Shown: positions 18,160-27,177 of the stretch, piece by piece
Numbering within the stretch: position 1 is the first letter of the stretch
Layout: every line of letters starts with the position of its first letter
Assembly: GCA_963764165.1 (NCBI GenBank)
Contig: CAVXRD010000002.1
Location: forward strand, 3,488,001-3,552,000
DNA length: 64,000 bases
Origin: an uncultured Verrucomicrobiae bacterium
GTDB lineage: Bacteria > Verrucomicrobiota > Verrucomicrobiia > Limisphaerales > Palsa-1400
Direction of reading: 5' to 3'
Translations under genes and position numbers: made by a program
The notes under the pieces: generated by a model
The model's database searches: none
What the model was told of the DNA's origin: nothing
Seen by the model: the letters and a program-made list of their open reading frames with translations, nothing else

Positions 18160-19473
18160 TCAAATAAACTCGTTGATCAGATTTTCCAGAAATTCCTGGC
18201 GGCCGCTGGTGTTGGCGGCGGGCTCGCCTTTTTTGAGCATGTATTTTTCCAATGACGCAAAACTGCTCTTCCCTGATTCGATTTCCTTGCCGATGCCGCT
18301 GTCCCACGAGGCGTAGCGCTGGCGCACGAATTCCGCCACACGCCCGTCCTTGCGGATGGCGGCGGCGATTTTGAGGCCGCGCGCAAAGGCGTCCATGCCG
18401 CCGATGTGCGCGTAAAATAGATCAATGGCCTCGAAACTTTCGCGCCGCACTTTCGCGTCGAAGTTTACGCCGCCGGTGGCCAGGCCGCCTGCGTTCAAAA
18501 TCGAAAGCATGCATTGCGTTGTCAAATAAATGTCGGTCGGGAATTGGTCGGTGTCCCAGCCCAGCAGCAAGTCGCCGGTATTGGCGTCGATGGAGCCGAG
18601 GGCGTTGGCGGCGGCGGCGACTTCCAATTCGTGCTGCATGGTGTGGCCGGCCAGGGTGGCGTGGTTTGTTTCCAGGTTCAGCTTCAGGTGATCCAGCAAA
18701 TCGTATTCGCGCAGGAAATTCAGGCAGGCCGCCGCGTCGGAATCGTATTGATGCTTGGTCGGCTCCTTGGGTTTGGGCTCGATGTAGAATTGGCCCGCAA
18801 ATCCGATTTTCTTTTTATAATCAACGGCCATGCGGAGGAATTTGGCCAGATGATCCAATTCGCGTTTGAGGTTGGTGTTCAGCAAAGTGGAATAGCCCTC
18901 GCGCCCGCCCCAAAAGACGTAGCCGGCCCCGTCTAATTCGTGTGTGATCTCGAGCGCCTTTTTGACCTGCGCGGCAGCGTAGGCGAAGACATCGGCATTG
19001 CAACTGGTGGCCGCGCCGTGGGCAAAGCGGGGATGCGCGAACAAACACGCCGTGCCCCACAATAATTTAATTCCCGTGCGCTTCTGCTCCTCCTTCAGCA
19101 CCTTGGCGACGGCATCGAGGTTCTTGTTCGATTGGGCCAGCGTTGAGCCTTCGGGGGCAACGTCGCGATCATGGAAGGCGTAAAATGGCGCGCCCAGCTT
19201 TTCAAAAAATTCGAAAGCCACGCGCACGCGGCGGCGGGCGTTGTCAAGCGAATCGCTGTTGTCGTCCCAAGGGCGATGGATGGTGGGCGCGCCGAACATA
19301 TCGGCCCCACGCCCGCGCATCGTGTGCCAATACACGACCGAGAAGCGCAAGTGGTCGCGCATCGTCTTGCCTTCAATAACTTCCTCTGCGCGGTAATGCT
19401 TGAACGCGAGCGGATTTTTGGAATTGGGGCCTTCGTATTGGATTTTTGATATATTGGGAAACGCGGATGCCAT
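18160..19473 (-). CDS. xylA: Xylose isomerase (class II)
   Basis: [54 protein letters not shown]. Confidence 0.97.
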   Translation of the reverse strand: MASAFPNISKIQYEGPNSKNPLAFKHYRAEEVIEGKTMRDHLRFSVVYWHTMRGRGADMFGAPTIHRPWDDNSDSLDNARRRVRVAFEFFEKLGAPFYAFHDRDVAPEGSTLAQSNKNLDAVAKVLKEEQKRTGIKLLWGTACLFAHPRFAHGAATSCNADVFAYAAAQVKKALEITHELDGAGYVFWGGREGYSTLLNTNLKRELDHLAKFLRMAVDYKKKIGFAGQFYIEPKPKEPTKHQYDSDAAACLNFLREYDLLDHLKLNLETNHATLAGHTMQHELEVAAAANALGSIDANTGDLLLGWDTDQFPTDIYLTTQCMLSILNAGGLATGGVNFDAKVRRESFEAIDLFYAHIGGMDAFARGLKIAAAIRKDGRVAEFVRQRYASWDSGIGKEIESGKSSFASLEKYMLKKGEPAANTSGRQEFLENLINEFI

Positions 19474-19516
19474 AAATTTCGTTGCTTGATGTTTGTTTGT
19501 TCAAAAACACTATCTC

Positions 19517-21118
19517 TCATTCACTCCCAAATGACATCCCCGGTTTCGGGGACGGCGGTGAGCGGCGGGCGGTGAGTTCGTTCGCCATTTCAATCGTCAG
19601 CCGCTTGTTGAGGGAGTAAGCTGTCAATAAAATGGTGCAGATGGTGAATAATATCCCCACGACGATGCCGCTGCAAACCCGATAACCCGCCACGGTGGCC
19701 GCCGCATCCGGCAATTTGGTGTCGTAGTTGAAAAGGCCGGCCATGATCCACAGCAGGCCGGCGGAGCCAAGCGCTAGGCCGGACTTCAAGGCGAATCCAA
19801 TGGTGGCAAACACCATGCCGGTGAAGCGGTGCCCCGTTTTCCATTCGGAATAATCGGCGACGTCCGCGAAAATCGCCCATATCAGCGGAATGGTTGGCGC
19901 GTAAACGATTGAGCCGATGATCGTCATGGCCACCATGCCGGAAGTGTTTGCTGGCGCGAGCAGGTAAAAAGCAAACGCGTTCACCGCCGACAGGCCAAAG
20001 CCCGCAACTGCCACGGCTTTCTTCCCAAATTTTTTTGCCAGCGGCGCGGATAGCATGATGACGACGATGGTGACCGCCGTGCCCAGCATGTTAATGAGGC
20101 TGTTGAAAACACCGGCGACTTCGTCGGCGCGAAATTGGCCCGGCGCGCCATGCACGATGTAACCGAGCGTCTCCAAAATTCCGGGCTTCGGCAAGCCGGG
20201 CGGAGCGACGAGACCGAGCTTCTGCAAGACGGCAAACATCGCGCCTGGATCCGCATAGTGGTGATAATAATTATAAAGCGCGCCGCCGCGGAACGACAGG
20301 ATCGCGAAATGCACCAGCGTCATCGCGAACATGACTTTCCACGGGTTGTTCTTGAACAAATCGGCGAAGTCCTGGCGCGGCGAAGTTTTCGCCTGGGCCA
20401 CCGGTTGAACACGTTCCCTGGTGGTGAGAAAAGTGATGAGGAAAAGGACGAGACATAACAAAGCCCATATCGTCATTGTGGCTTGCCACCCGTATTGCTT
20501 GTCCTCCAGGGCAACATCGTGCTTCCCGGCATGGCTGGCCGCGAACTTCGCCACCAGCGGCAGCGTGAAACCGCCGACAATGAATTGCGCAATGTTCACG
20601 GCGATGAAACGGTATGAGTTCAATTTCGCTCGCTCATTCAAATCGCCAGTGATGACGCCCCCGAGCGCGGAATAGGGCATGTTGTTCATGGAGTAAAGCG
20701 TCATCAACATCATGTTGGTAAAGAGCGCATAGAGGACCAACCCGCCGTGGCTCCAACCATGCGGCGTGGTGTAGGCGAGCACCATGAAAAACGCCCACGG
20801 AACAGCCGTCCAGATAATCCATGGCCGGAATTTGCCCCAGCGCGTTTCCGTGCGGTCGGCAAGGACGCCCATGATGGGATCGAACACCGCATCCCAGAGG
20901 CGCGGCCAAAGAAGAATCGCGGCGGCGGCGCCCGCGGTGAGGCCCAGTGTATCCGTGTAGAAATTTGTCTGGAACAGGATCATCGTCATGAAGACGAAAT
21001 TGGCGGCGGCGTCAGCGCCGCAGTATCCGGCCTTTTCGAGGAACGAGAGTTTTTGGTTCGCGGAGTCCACGTCAGACGAAAGGTAGGAATGCCTCGCCGA
21101 GGCGTCCGCAGATGGCAT
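19517..21118 (-). CDS. MFS glycoside-pentoside-hexuronide:cation symporter (xyloside/xylo-oligosaccharide uptake)
   Basis: EKAGYCGAD, RLWDAVFDPIMGVLADRTETRWGKFRPW, NMPYSAL, ADVADYSEWKTG, about 12 TM segments. Start may instead be GTG 21070. Confidence 0.9.
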   Translation of the reverse strand: MPSADASARHSYLSSDVDSANQKLSFLEKAGYCGADAAANFVFMTMILFQTNFYTDTLGLTAGAAAAILLWPRLWDAVFDPIMGVLADRTETRWGKFRPWIIWTAVPWAFFMVLAYTTPHGWSHGGLVLYALFTNMMLMTLYSMNNMPYSALGGVITGDLNERAKLNSYRFIAVNIAQFIVGGFTLPLVAKFAASHAGKHDVALEDKQYGWQATMTIWALLCLVLFLITFLTTRERVQPVAQAKTSPRQDFADLFKNNPWKVMFAMTLVHFAILSFRGGALYNYYHHYADPGAMFAVLQKLGLVAPPGLPKPGILETLGYIVHGAPGQFRADEVAGVFNSLINMLGTAVTIVVIMLSAPLAKKFGKKAVAVAGFGLSAVNAFAFYLLAPANTSGMVAMTIIGSIVYAPTIPLIWAIFADVADYSEWKTGHRFTGMVFATIGFALKSGLALGSAGLLWIMAGLFNYDTKLPDAAATVAGYRVCSGIVVGILFTICTILLTAYSLNKRLTIEMANELTARRSPPSPKPGMSFGSE

Positions 21119-21158
21119 GGTTCGCGCGCAACCGGACGCCTCGGCGAGGCGTCCCTAC
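21083..21158. repeat. Inverted pair of GTAG-type REP elements (family 2)
   Basis: GTAGGAATGCCTCGCCGAGGCGTCC (21083-21107) and inverted GGACGCCTCGGCGAGGCGTCCCTAC (21134-21158). Confidence 0.82.
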
Positions 21159-21194
21159 CTTGGAAAGATTTGCGCCCAATTCCATATCTTCAGA

Positions 21195-23516
21195 TTACCC
21201 GGAGACTGTCAGGGTGAGCTTCTGCAAATCCTCACAACGAGAGGATGTTCCCACCATGATTTCAAATTCGCCGGGTTCAACCACATACTCCATATCGACA
21301 TTGTAGAAGGCAAGCGATTCGGGCGTGATGTCCAGCGCAATGGTCGTCGTTTCGCCAGGTTGCAGCGAAATCTTCTGAAAGCCCTTCAATTCCTTCACCG
21401 GCCGCGTGACGGAACTCACACGATCGCGAATATACATTTGGACAACTTCTGTTCCCGCGCGTTTTCCGGTGTTGGTGACGTCGACGAAGACGCGGGTTGC
21501 AGCATCGCGTTTGATTTTTTTCTTTGCGAGGCGGGCCGTTCCGAGCTTGAACGTTGTGTAGCTTAGGCCGAACCCAAATGGGAAAAGCGGTTGGGCGTCG
21601 TCCCACAAGAATCCGCGCCGGGCGGACGGTTTGTGGTTGTAAAAGATGGGCAACTGGCCGACCGAACGGGGAATGCTGATCGGCAATTTGCCGCCTGGAT
21701 TGTGGTCTCCGAATAGAACGTCAGCCACAGCGGAGCCGCATTCCTGCCCAAGATACCAGCATTCAAAAACGGCCTGCGCTTTCTCGACGAGATTGTTGAC
21801 AGAGAGAGGACGGCCATTGAACAGCAGCGCAACGATGGGTTTGCCGGTTGCCGTCAACGCATCCACAAGTTCGTCTTGACGCCCCACCAGATCGAGGCTG
21901 GCGCGGTCGCCGAGGTGCGTGCGCGACCACGCTTCGCGCGAAGTTTGCTCGTTGCCGCCGCCGGCGAGAATGATGACGTCGGCCTTCCGCGCCACCTTGA
22001 CGGCTTCGGCGATTTGCCGGCGGTCCTCCGCCGGATTGCTGGCGACGACTTCGTCCATTTGCCATGATCCACCGACGGTAATTTTGCAGCCCTCGGCGTG
22101 GAGCACGTTTGCTTTTCCGGCAAGTTTCGCTTCGATACCCTCAAGCACGGTGACGTTATGTTTTGGCGCACCGCTGTATCCGCCGAGAAGCCGACGGTTC
22201 GCATTCGGTCCGATGACGGCAATCGTTTTGATCTTCGCGGCGTCGAGGGGAACAACGTCGTTTTCGTTCTTGAGCAAAGTGATTGTTTCCCGCGCCGATT
22301 GGAGCGCAAGCTCGCGGTGCGCATCGCAACCGGCGACTCGCTCGGCTTCGTTGGGATCAGCGTAAGGATCGTCGAACAATCCCATCTTGAATTTCCACAG
22401 CAGCATCGGCGCGACCAAATCGTCGATTTGTTTCTCGGTGAGGACGCCCATTCGCACGAGTTCAATGATGTGCAGATAGCAATCCGGCTCGGGAAATTCA
22501 ATGTTGACGCCGGCTTCCACAGCGAGGCGGCAGGCTTCCTTTTTGTCGCCAGCAACGACGTGGCTGTGCGTGCCGGGGCGGCTGCTCAATTCCCAAATCG
22601 CGTAATAATCGGAAACCACAAAACCAGTGAATCCCCATTCTTTGCGCAGCACGTCGCGCAGGAGCCATTGGCTGGCGTGCGACGGCACCCCGTCAATTTC
22701 GTTGTAACTCGCCATCACGCTGATGCAATTGGCCTTCTTTATGCAGTCCATGAACGGATGCAAAAACGTCTCGCGCAGGACGCGCTCGGAGATGTTGGCG
22801 GGGGCGCAATTCTGGCCGGACTCCGGCTGGCCGTGCGCCGCAAAGTGTTTTAACGTGGCAATCACCCGCGTCTTATCCTTGAAACTCGCGTCTCCCTGAA
22901 ATCCGCGAACGGCCGCGATGCCGAGTTGGGTGTTGAGATGCGGGTCCTCACCGAATGTTTCTTCGACACGACCCCAACGCGCATCGCGCGCGACATCGAC
23001 CACCGGCGTGAGCGCCTGGTGCGTTCCGCGAATGCGGGCCTCGTGGGCCGTCATCGAGTAAAGCGCCTCGACAAGTTTGGGATTGAACGTTGCGCCAAGG
23101 CCAATGGGCTGCGGGAAGCTTGTGCTTTCGTTGGCGGCGAGGCCGTGCAGACATTCTTCGTGAAAAAAAACGGGAATTCCGAGACGCGATTCTTCGAGGA
23201 AAAACTTTTGGATGGCATTTGTAAGCTCGGCCATTTGCCGCGCGGTCCGACCCAGCCATGGCGTGGTGGCGGGAGCGCCGGCATCACTCGGGCGGCCAAC
23301 TTGGCCGATGCCATGCCCTGATTTGAATGCGGCGCGCGCCTTGGCGAGGTCGAAATTGCCTTTGGCATCAACGAGCTTCTGGCTTTTCTCCTGCCAGACG
23401 CATTGCATTTGCGCCGCTTTCTCGGCGAGCGTCATCCGTTTCAAAAGATCCTTGACGCGCCGGGCGGGTATGGCGCCGGGATTCTTGTAAAGAGGAATTT
23501 TCTTTGTGCTGGCCAT
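21195..23516 (-). CDS. Glycoside hydrolase family 3 (beta-xylosidase/glucosidase), cytoplasmic
   Basis: EECLHG, RWGRVEETFGEDP, KHFAAHG, VVSDY nucleophile, C-terminal FN3-like (RPVKELKGF). No signal peptide. TGATG coupling to the upstream regulator. Confidence 0.93.
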   Translation of the reverse strand: MASTKKIPLYKNPGAIPARRVKDLLKRMTLAEKAAQMQCVWQEKSQKLVDAKGNFDLAKARAAFKSGHGIGQVGRPSDAGAPATTPWLGRTARQMAELTNAIQKFFLEESRLGIPVFFHEECLHGLAANESTSFPQPIGLGATFNPKLVEALYSMTAHEARIRGTHQALTPVVDVARDARWGRVEETFGEDPHLNTQLGIAAVRGFQGDASFKDKTRVIATLKHFAAHGQPESGQNCAPANISERVLRETFLHPFMDCIKKANCISVMASYNEIDGVPSHASQWLLRDVLRKEWGFTGFVVSDYYAIWELSSRPGTHSHVVAGDKKEACRLAVEAGVNIEFPEPDCYLHIIELVRMGVLTEKQIDDLVAPMLLWKFKMGLFDDPYADPNEAERVAGCDAHRELALQSARETITLLKNENDVVPLDAAKIKTIAVIGPNANRRLLGGYSGAPKHNVTVLEGIEAKLAGKANVLHAEGCKITVGGSWQMDEVVASNPAEDRRQIAEAVKVARKADVIILAGGGNEQTSREAWSRTHLGDRASLDLVGRQDELVDALTATGKPIVALLFNGRPLSVNNLVEKAQAVFECWYLGQECGSAVADVLFGDHNPGGKLPISIPRSVGQLPIFYNHKPSARRGFLWDDAQPLFPFGFGLSYTTFKLGTARLAKKKIKRDAATRVFVDVTNTGKRAGTEVVQMYIRDRVSSVTRPVKELKGFQKISLQPGETTTIALDITPESLAFYNVDMEYVVEPGEFEIMVGTSSRCEDLQKLTLTVSG

Positions 23517-24262
23517 CAGAGGTTATTTATGTTCTCGGAGCGGGGTTTGGAGCGGAAATATTTTGCGGCCGCCTCCGTCCGGCAGCGCACATGAAGCTTT
23601 TCGTAAATGTGCATCAAGTGAGTCCGCACGGTGGAAAAACTGATGTTCAATCGTGCGCCAATTTCCTTGTTGGCCATTCCCTCCGCCAGCAGCGCGAGAA
23701 TCTCCAATTCGCGGGTGGAAAGCCCGGCGGTTTCATCCGGCGCCGACGAAGTTTCCAGAAACGAACGGACGACCATGCGCGCGATTTCACTCGTCATCGG
23801 CGCGCCGCCGGAACGGACTTCGGCGATGGCGTCGAGGATTTCCGTTTCATCGCAACGCTTGAGAACGTAGCCGCAGGCGCCCGCTTTTAACGCCTGGAAA
23901 ATCATGTTGGTGTCCTTGTAGACCGTCAGCATGATGACTTGGACGTTTGGCAACTTTTCGCGCAGGCGCGCCGTGCAGACAATGCCCGATTCGCCGGGCA
24001 GATGAATGTCCATCAGCACGACGTCCGGCTTGAGCGGAGGAATCTTGATCAGCGCCTCTTCGGCGGAACCGCACGCGCACACGCATTTGTGGCCCGGCGA
24101 CGAAGCCAGGTAATCCGCGAGGAATTGCCGGAAAGTGGCATTGTCCTCAACAATGGCGATGCGCGTTGCCACGGGATTTATAACTGCGACTGATTCTCCA
24201 ACCAACAATGCCGACATACGAGATAAAATTTGCTGTGTTGACGAGCTTACGGCTTGAGCCAT
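23516..24262 (-). CDS. NarL/LuxR-family DNA-binding response regulator
   Basis: IAIVEDN, VVLMDIHLP, GACGYVLK, LSTRELEIL...NKEIGARLNISFSTVRTH. The start may be further downstream. Confidence 0.93.
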   Translation of the reverse strand: MAQAVSSSTQQILSRMSALLVGESVAVINPVATRIAIVEDNATFRQFLADYLASSPGHKCVCACGSAEEALIKIPPLKPDVVLMDIHLPGESGIVCTARLREKLPNVQVIMLTVYKDTNMIFQALKAGACGYVLKRCDETEILDAIAEVRSGGAPMTSEIARMVVRSFLETSSAPDETAGLSTRELEILALLAEGMANKEIGARLNISFSTVRTHLMHIYEKLHVRCRTEAAAKYFRSKPRSENINNL

Positions 24263-24293
24263 GCAAAAGTGAATCGGTCAAACGTCGTATGCG
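24189..24293. repeat. 105-bp direct repeat, copy 1
   Basis: Ungapped alignment with 24868-24972, 95/105 identical by manual count. Confidence 0.9.
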
Positions 24294-24342
24294 GAAAAGA
24301 GTTTCAGTTGCATTTTCTTTGCAGGGGATGGACAATTGAAGC

Positions 24343-24528
24343 ATGAGCAGCCGAGAAACGGTCATCGAATTTGTCCGCAAGCTGCCGGAACAAATGTCAC
24401 TGGCGGAAATCGCCCGCGAGGTGGAACTGTTGGCCGGTCTTCATGCTGCCCGCGAACAAGCACGCCGCAATGAGGGCATTCCGGCAGAGGACGCCCACAA
24501 GTTTGTGGACGCATGGGCTTCAAAGTAA
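24343..24528 (+). CDS. Putative antitoxin
   Basis: 61-aa ORF (VRKLPEQMSLAEI...EGIPAEDA) overlapping the start of a RelE/ParE toxin gene. Confidence 0.75.
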   Translation: MSSRETVIEFVRKLPEQMSLAEIAREVELLAGLHAAREQARRNEGIPAEDAHKFVDAWASK

Positions 24529-24821
24529 TTCTCACGCCGCAGGCCATATGCGACTTGGAGGCCGTCGTCAGTTTCATCGCCAATGATAATCCCGAACGCG
24601 CCCGCACCTTTGGCCATGAATTGATCGACCGCGCGCTCTCCATCGCCGCTTTTCCGGAGCGGGGCCGTGTGACGCCGGAGGTTGGAGAGGCTGCCGTGCG
24701 CGAAATTGTTCACGGCTCATACCGCATCATCTATGAGATTTTTTCAGACGCAGGCTTCATTTATGTGCTGCGTTTTTGGCATGGAGCCAGAGGAGAGCCT
24801 GTCATCAGAACCGAGCCGTAA
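24513..24821 (+). CDS. RelE/ParE-family toxin
   Basis: VILTPQAICDLEAV..FIANDNP...FPERGR..PE...REIVHGSYRIIY...VLRFWHGAR. Confidence 0.9.
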   Translation: MGFKVILTPQAICDLEAVVSFIANDNPERARTFGHELIDRALSIAAFPERGRVTPEVGEAAVREIVHGSYRIIYEIFSDAGFIYVLRFWHGARGEPVIRTEP

Positions 24822-24867
24822 CAGCGCACGAACTTGCCTTGCAACCGGAAATGGCGGCATTTCCGCC

Positions 24868-24972
24868 ACTGATTCTCTAACCAACCATGCCGACACACGA
24901 GATAAAATTTGCTGTGAGGACGAGCTTACGGCTGGTGCCGCGCCAAAGTGAATCGGTCAAACGTCGTATGCG
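24868..24972. repeat. 105-bp direct repeat, copy 2 (remnant of the response regulator 5' region)
   Basis: On the minus strand it reads VSAWLVRESVA, against MSALLVGESVA in the intact regulator. Confidence 0.88.
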
Positions 24973-25256
24973 AGTGAGCGCCTTTTTGTGGCAAAGGTTA
25001 TCTGACCGATTTTCGAGCACTTGGCCAATCGAATTCAGTTCGCAAGAACCGTATTTGCCCTCGCGCTGTTCATTTATTTAACAATCCGCCGTGCGTGCTC
25101 TGTGGGAAGCCAGGATGGGATACAATTTGGCCGGTTGACAATGGATCGGCTATTGCAACAATTGGATTTCTGCAAGGTTTTGCAACGACGGAAGCATCGA
25201 TCTTTGGCGATGATCGCGCTCGAAACAATGCGGCGCTGCCGGGGTTTGATTGACTA

Positions 25257-26186
25257 ATGATAAAATTGTGGCCAAAAAAAACAACAGAACTCGGCGCGAA
25301 AAGACTTTTTGCGCGAGTTGTGAGTTTGATCTCGCTGGGCTTTTTTCTCAGTCATGCCTGTGTTGCCCAAGAGTTCGAGGTCGCGGGGACTTTGACTGTC
25401 ACGACGGAGCGGCGAGAGAAGGTGGTGCAGAAAACGACTCGGACATTCGTTGTCGATGTAAAGAATTCGCAATTCAAAATGGATTCTGTGTCGGGAGATT
25501 CGAATTCTCGCCTCACGTATGTCCTAGATGGTCAAAAACTTTACCAGCTTTCGCTGGACCACGTGCCGCAAAACGCAGCCTCATATCAATTTCCAAGTTT
25601 TGTTCGGCCCGCTTCGATGCCCATAGCGGACGATGGCTCTTGCCATAATGAACTCTGGCTTGCCTATGCGTCGCAAAACTTCTTCAAGAGTTTTACGAAC
25701 GAACTGGTGCTGGCTTTGTGGTCATCCGGTCCGAATTTCCCATTCGTTCCATACCTGAACCTCCAGTTTACGACAAACCAGGACAAATTGGGATTGCCGA
25801 AAGCTGCGACCTATATCGATCCAACGTATCCCGGCAAGATTTATACCAATGCAACCTACCGAGTGCTTGCAACAACCAACATCAATGGAATGCTGATACC
25901 CATGGAATTCGAATTTGTTCGCTACGCCTATGACTCTCCGGGCCGCCTTCTCCCATTTGAGACATTTCACGGGTTGGTCTCGCAGGTAGCGACCAACGTA
26001 GGCAACGCGTCATTACAGCCAGCTTTTCTCGGGATCTCGGACGTTTATGATTATCGCCCTTTGGCCCGGGAATTCCTGAGCCCAAAGATGACCAATCGTG
26101 ACTACGTTCATTATAGGGTCACAAATGGCATCTGGCCCCAAGTATCGGCGCCGGTCGGCTCCCCTGCACAGAAAGGCGCGTATTAA
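25257..26186 (+). CDS. Hypothetical exported protein
   Basis: 309-aa ORF with a signal-like segment ending ACVA-QE and lower GC than neighbours. Confidence 0.6.
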   Translation: MIKLWPKKTTELGAKRLFARVVSLISLGFFLSHACVAQEFEVAGTLTVTTERREKVVQKTTRTFVVDVKNSQFKMDSVSGDSNSRLTYVLDGQKLYQLSLDHVPQNAASYQFPSFVRPASMPIADDGSCHNELWLAYASQNFFKSFTNELVLALWSSGPNFPFVPYLNLQFTTNQDKLGLPKAATYIDPTYPGKIYTNATYRVLATTNINGMLIPMEFEFVRYAYDSPGRLLPFETFHGLVSQVATNVGNASLQPAFLGISDVYDYRPLAREFLSPKMTNRDYVHYRVTNGIWPQVSAPVGSPAQKGAY

Positions 26187-26903
26187 TTTGATTCGTGAAA
26201 GGGAGATAAGCGTAAAGGGTCAGTCTTAGAAAAATGACTGTTTTGCTTTCTCATCCGGCCCCTTTTGTTGATAGAAGGCATTGCCGGCGTCCTTCCTTTT
26301 GACACTTTTGTATCCGGAAATGGGAATAAGTCTTGATCCGCTGCCATTCGCGCCGGGGTCGTAAAAAATCGCATTGCCCGTCTCCAATGCCGAATGCATC
26401 CGAGAGTCGAGCGAGCGCCGCTGCGCTCAACTACCGGCTGCACTCTGCCAGTCCCTTCCGGGATAACGGTCTGCCGACAATATTTTTGCCTCCGCTCCTG
26501 CCCGGACAATCGATGTTTTCGTTTGTCATGTCGCCACAATACCACTTAATCGTGCAATTGCAATATTAATTGACGCAACAGGCTTCCAGGCCTATTTTTC
26601 TCCCTGTCGCCTTCAGGGCGTGTTCTTTGACATTTTCCATTCATTTCAGGCCGCGAGGAACCTCTGCGTTCTCAGCGCCTCTGCGCGCGATTGCGTTTCA
26701 TGCCGCGATTAAACCAAACCGCGCCCACAGGGTGAAAAGAACGCTCGCGCAGAGAAGATGAGTGCGGAGAGGAACAGAAATCGTGATTGGGGCATTGCAG
26801 GCTATTGCACCCTATTGCACTTTTGGTTTTCGCGACGATACGGGCGCACTTTATATGGGCAACCGGGGCGGTCGCGCACCGAAAATGCGCACCCCAGAAG
26901 AAA

Positions 26904-26985
26904 TGTAGCGGTTGTGTAGCGGTCTTGTAGCGGTATTTGTTGCCCTTTAAATACCTTATAATCAACGATGTAGCGGCTGTAGCGG
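26904..26985. repeat. Five direct TGTAGCGG repeats (iteron-like) around an AT-rich spacer
   Basis: Copies at 26904, 26915, 26926 (11-bp period), 26969 and 26978. Confidence 0.8.
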
Positions 26986-27040
26986 GTTTTTGGAGATTAT
27001 ATATAATCAGGAACGCCCAAACTCAGGAATGGAAGGGAAA

Positions 27041-27177
27041 GCCGCAGATGGACGCAGATCAACGCAGACAAGAATTGTGCAGCCAAACATGAAACGGGCG
27101 AAGTTGAGGCGACCTGCGGACGCTTGGAATACAGACCCCTTTTCCCCAATCTGCGTTAATCTGCGTTCATCTGCGGC
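27041..27177. repeat. Inverted pair of 10-bp-period repeats (ACGCAGAT type)
   Basis: 27041-27069 against the reverse complement of 27149-27177, 26/29 match. The kinase stop codon lies inside the right arm. Confidence 0.8.

Noticed and set aside
26183..26569. ORFs of 120 aa and 78 aa in the non-coding tract
   Set aside because: No motif, RBS or typical composition. Other frames examined gave only short peptides.
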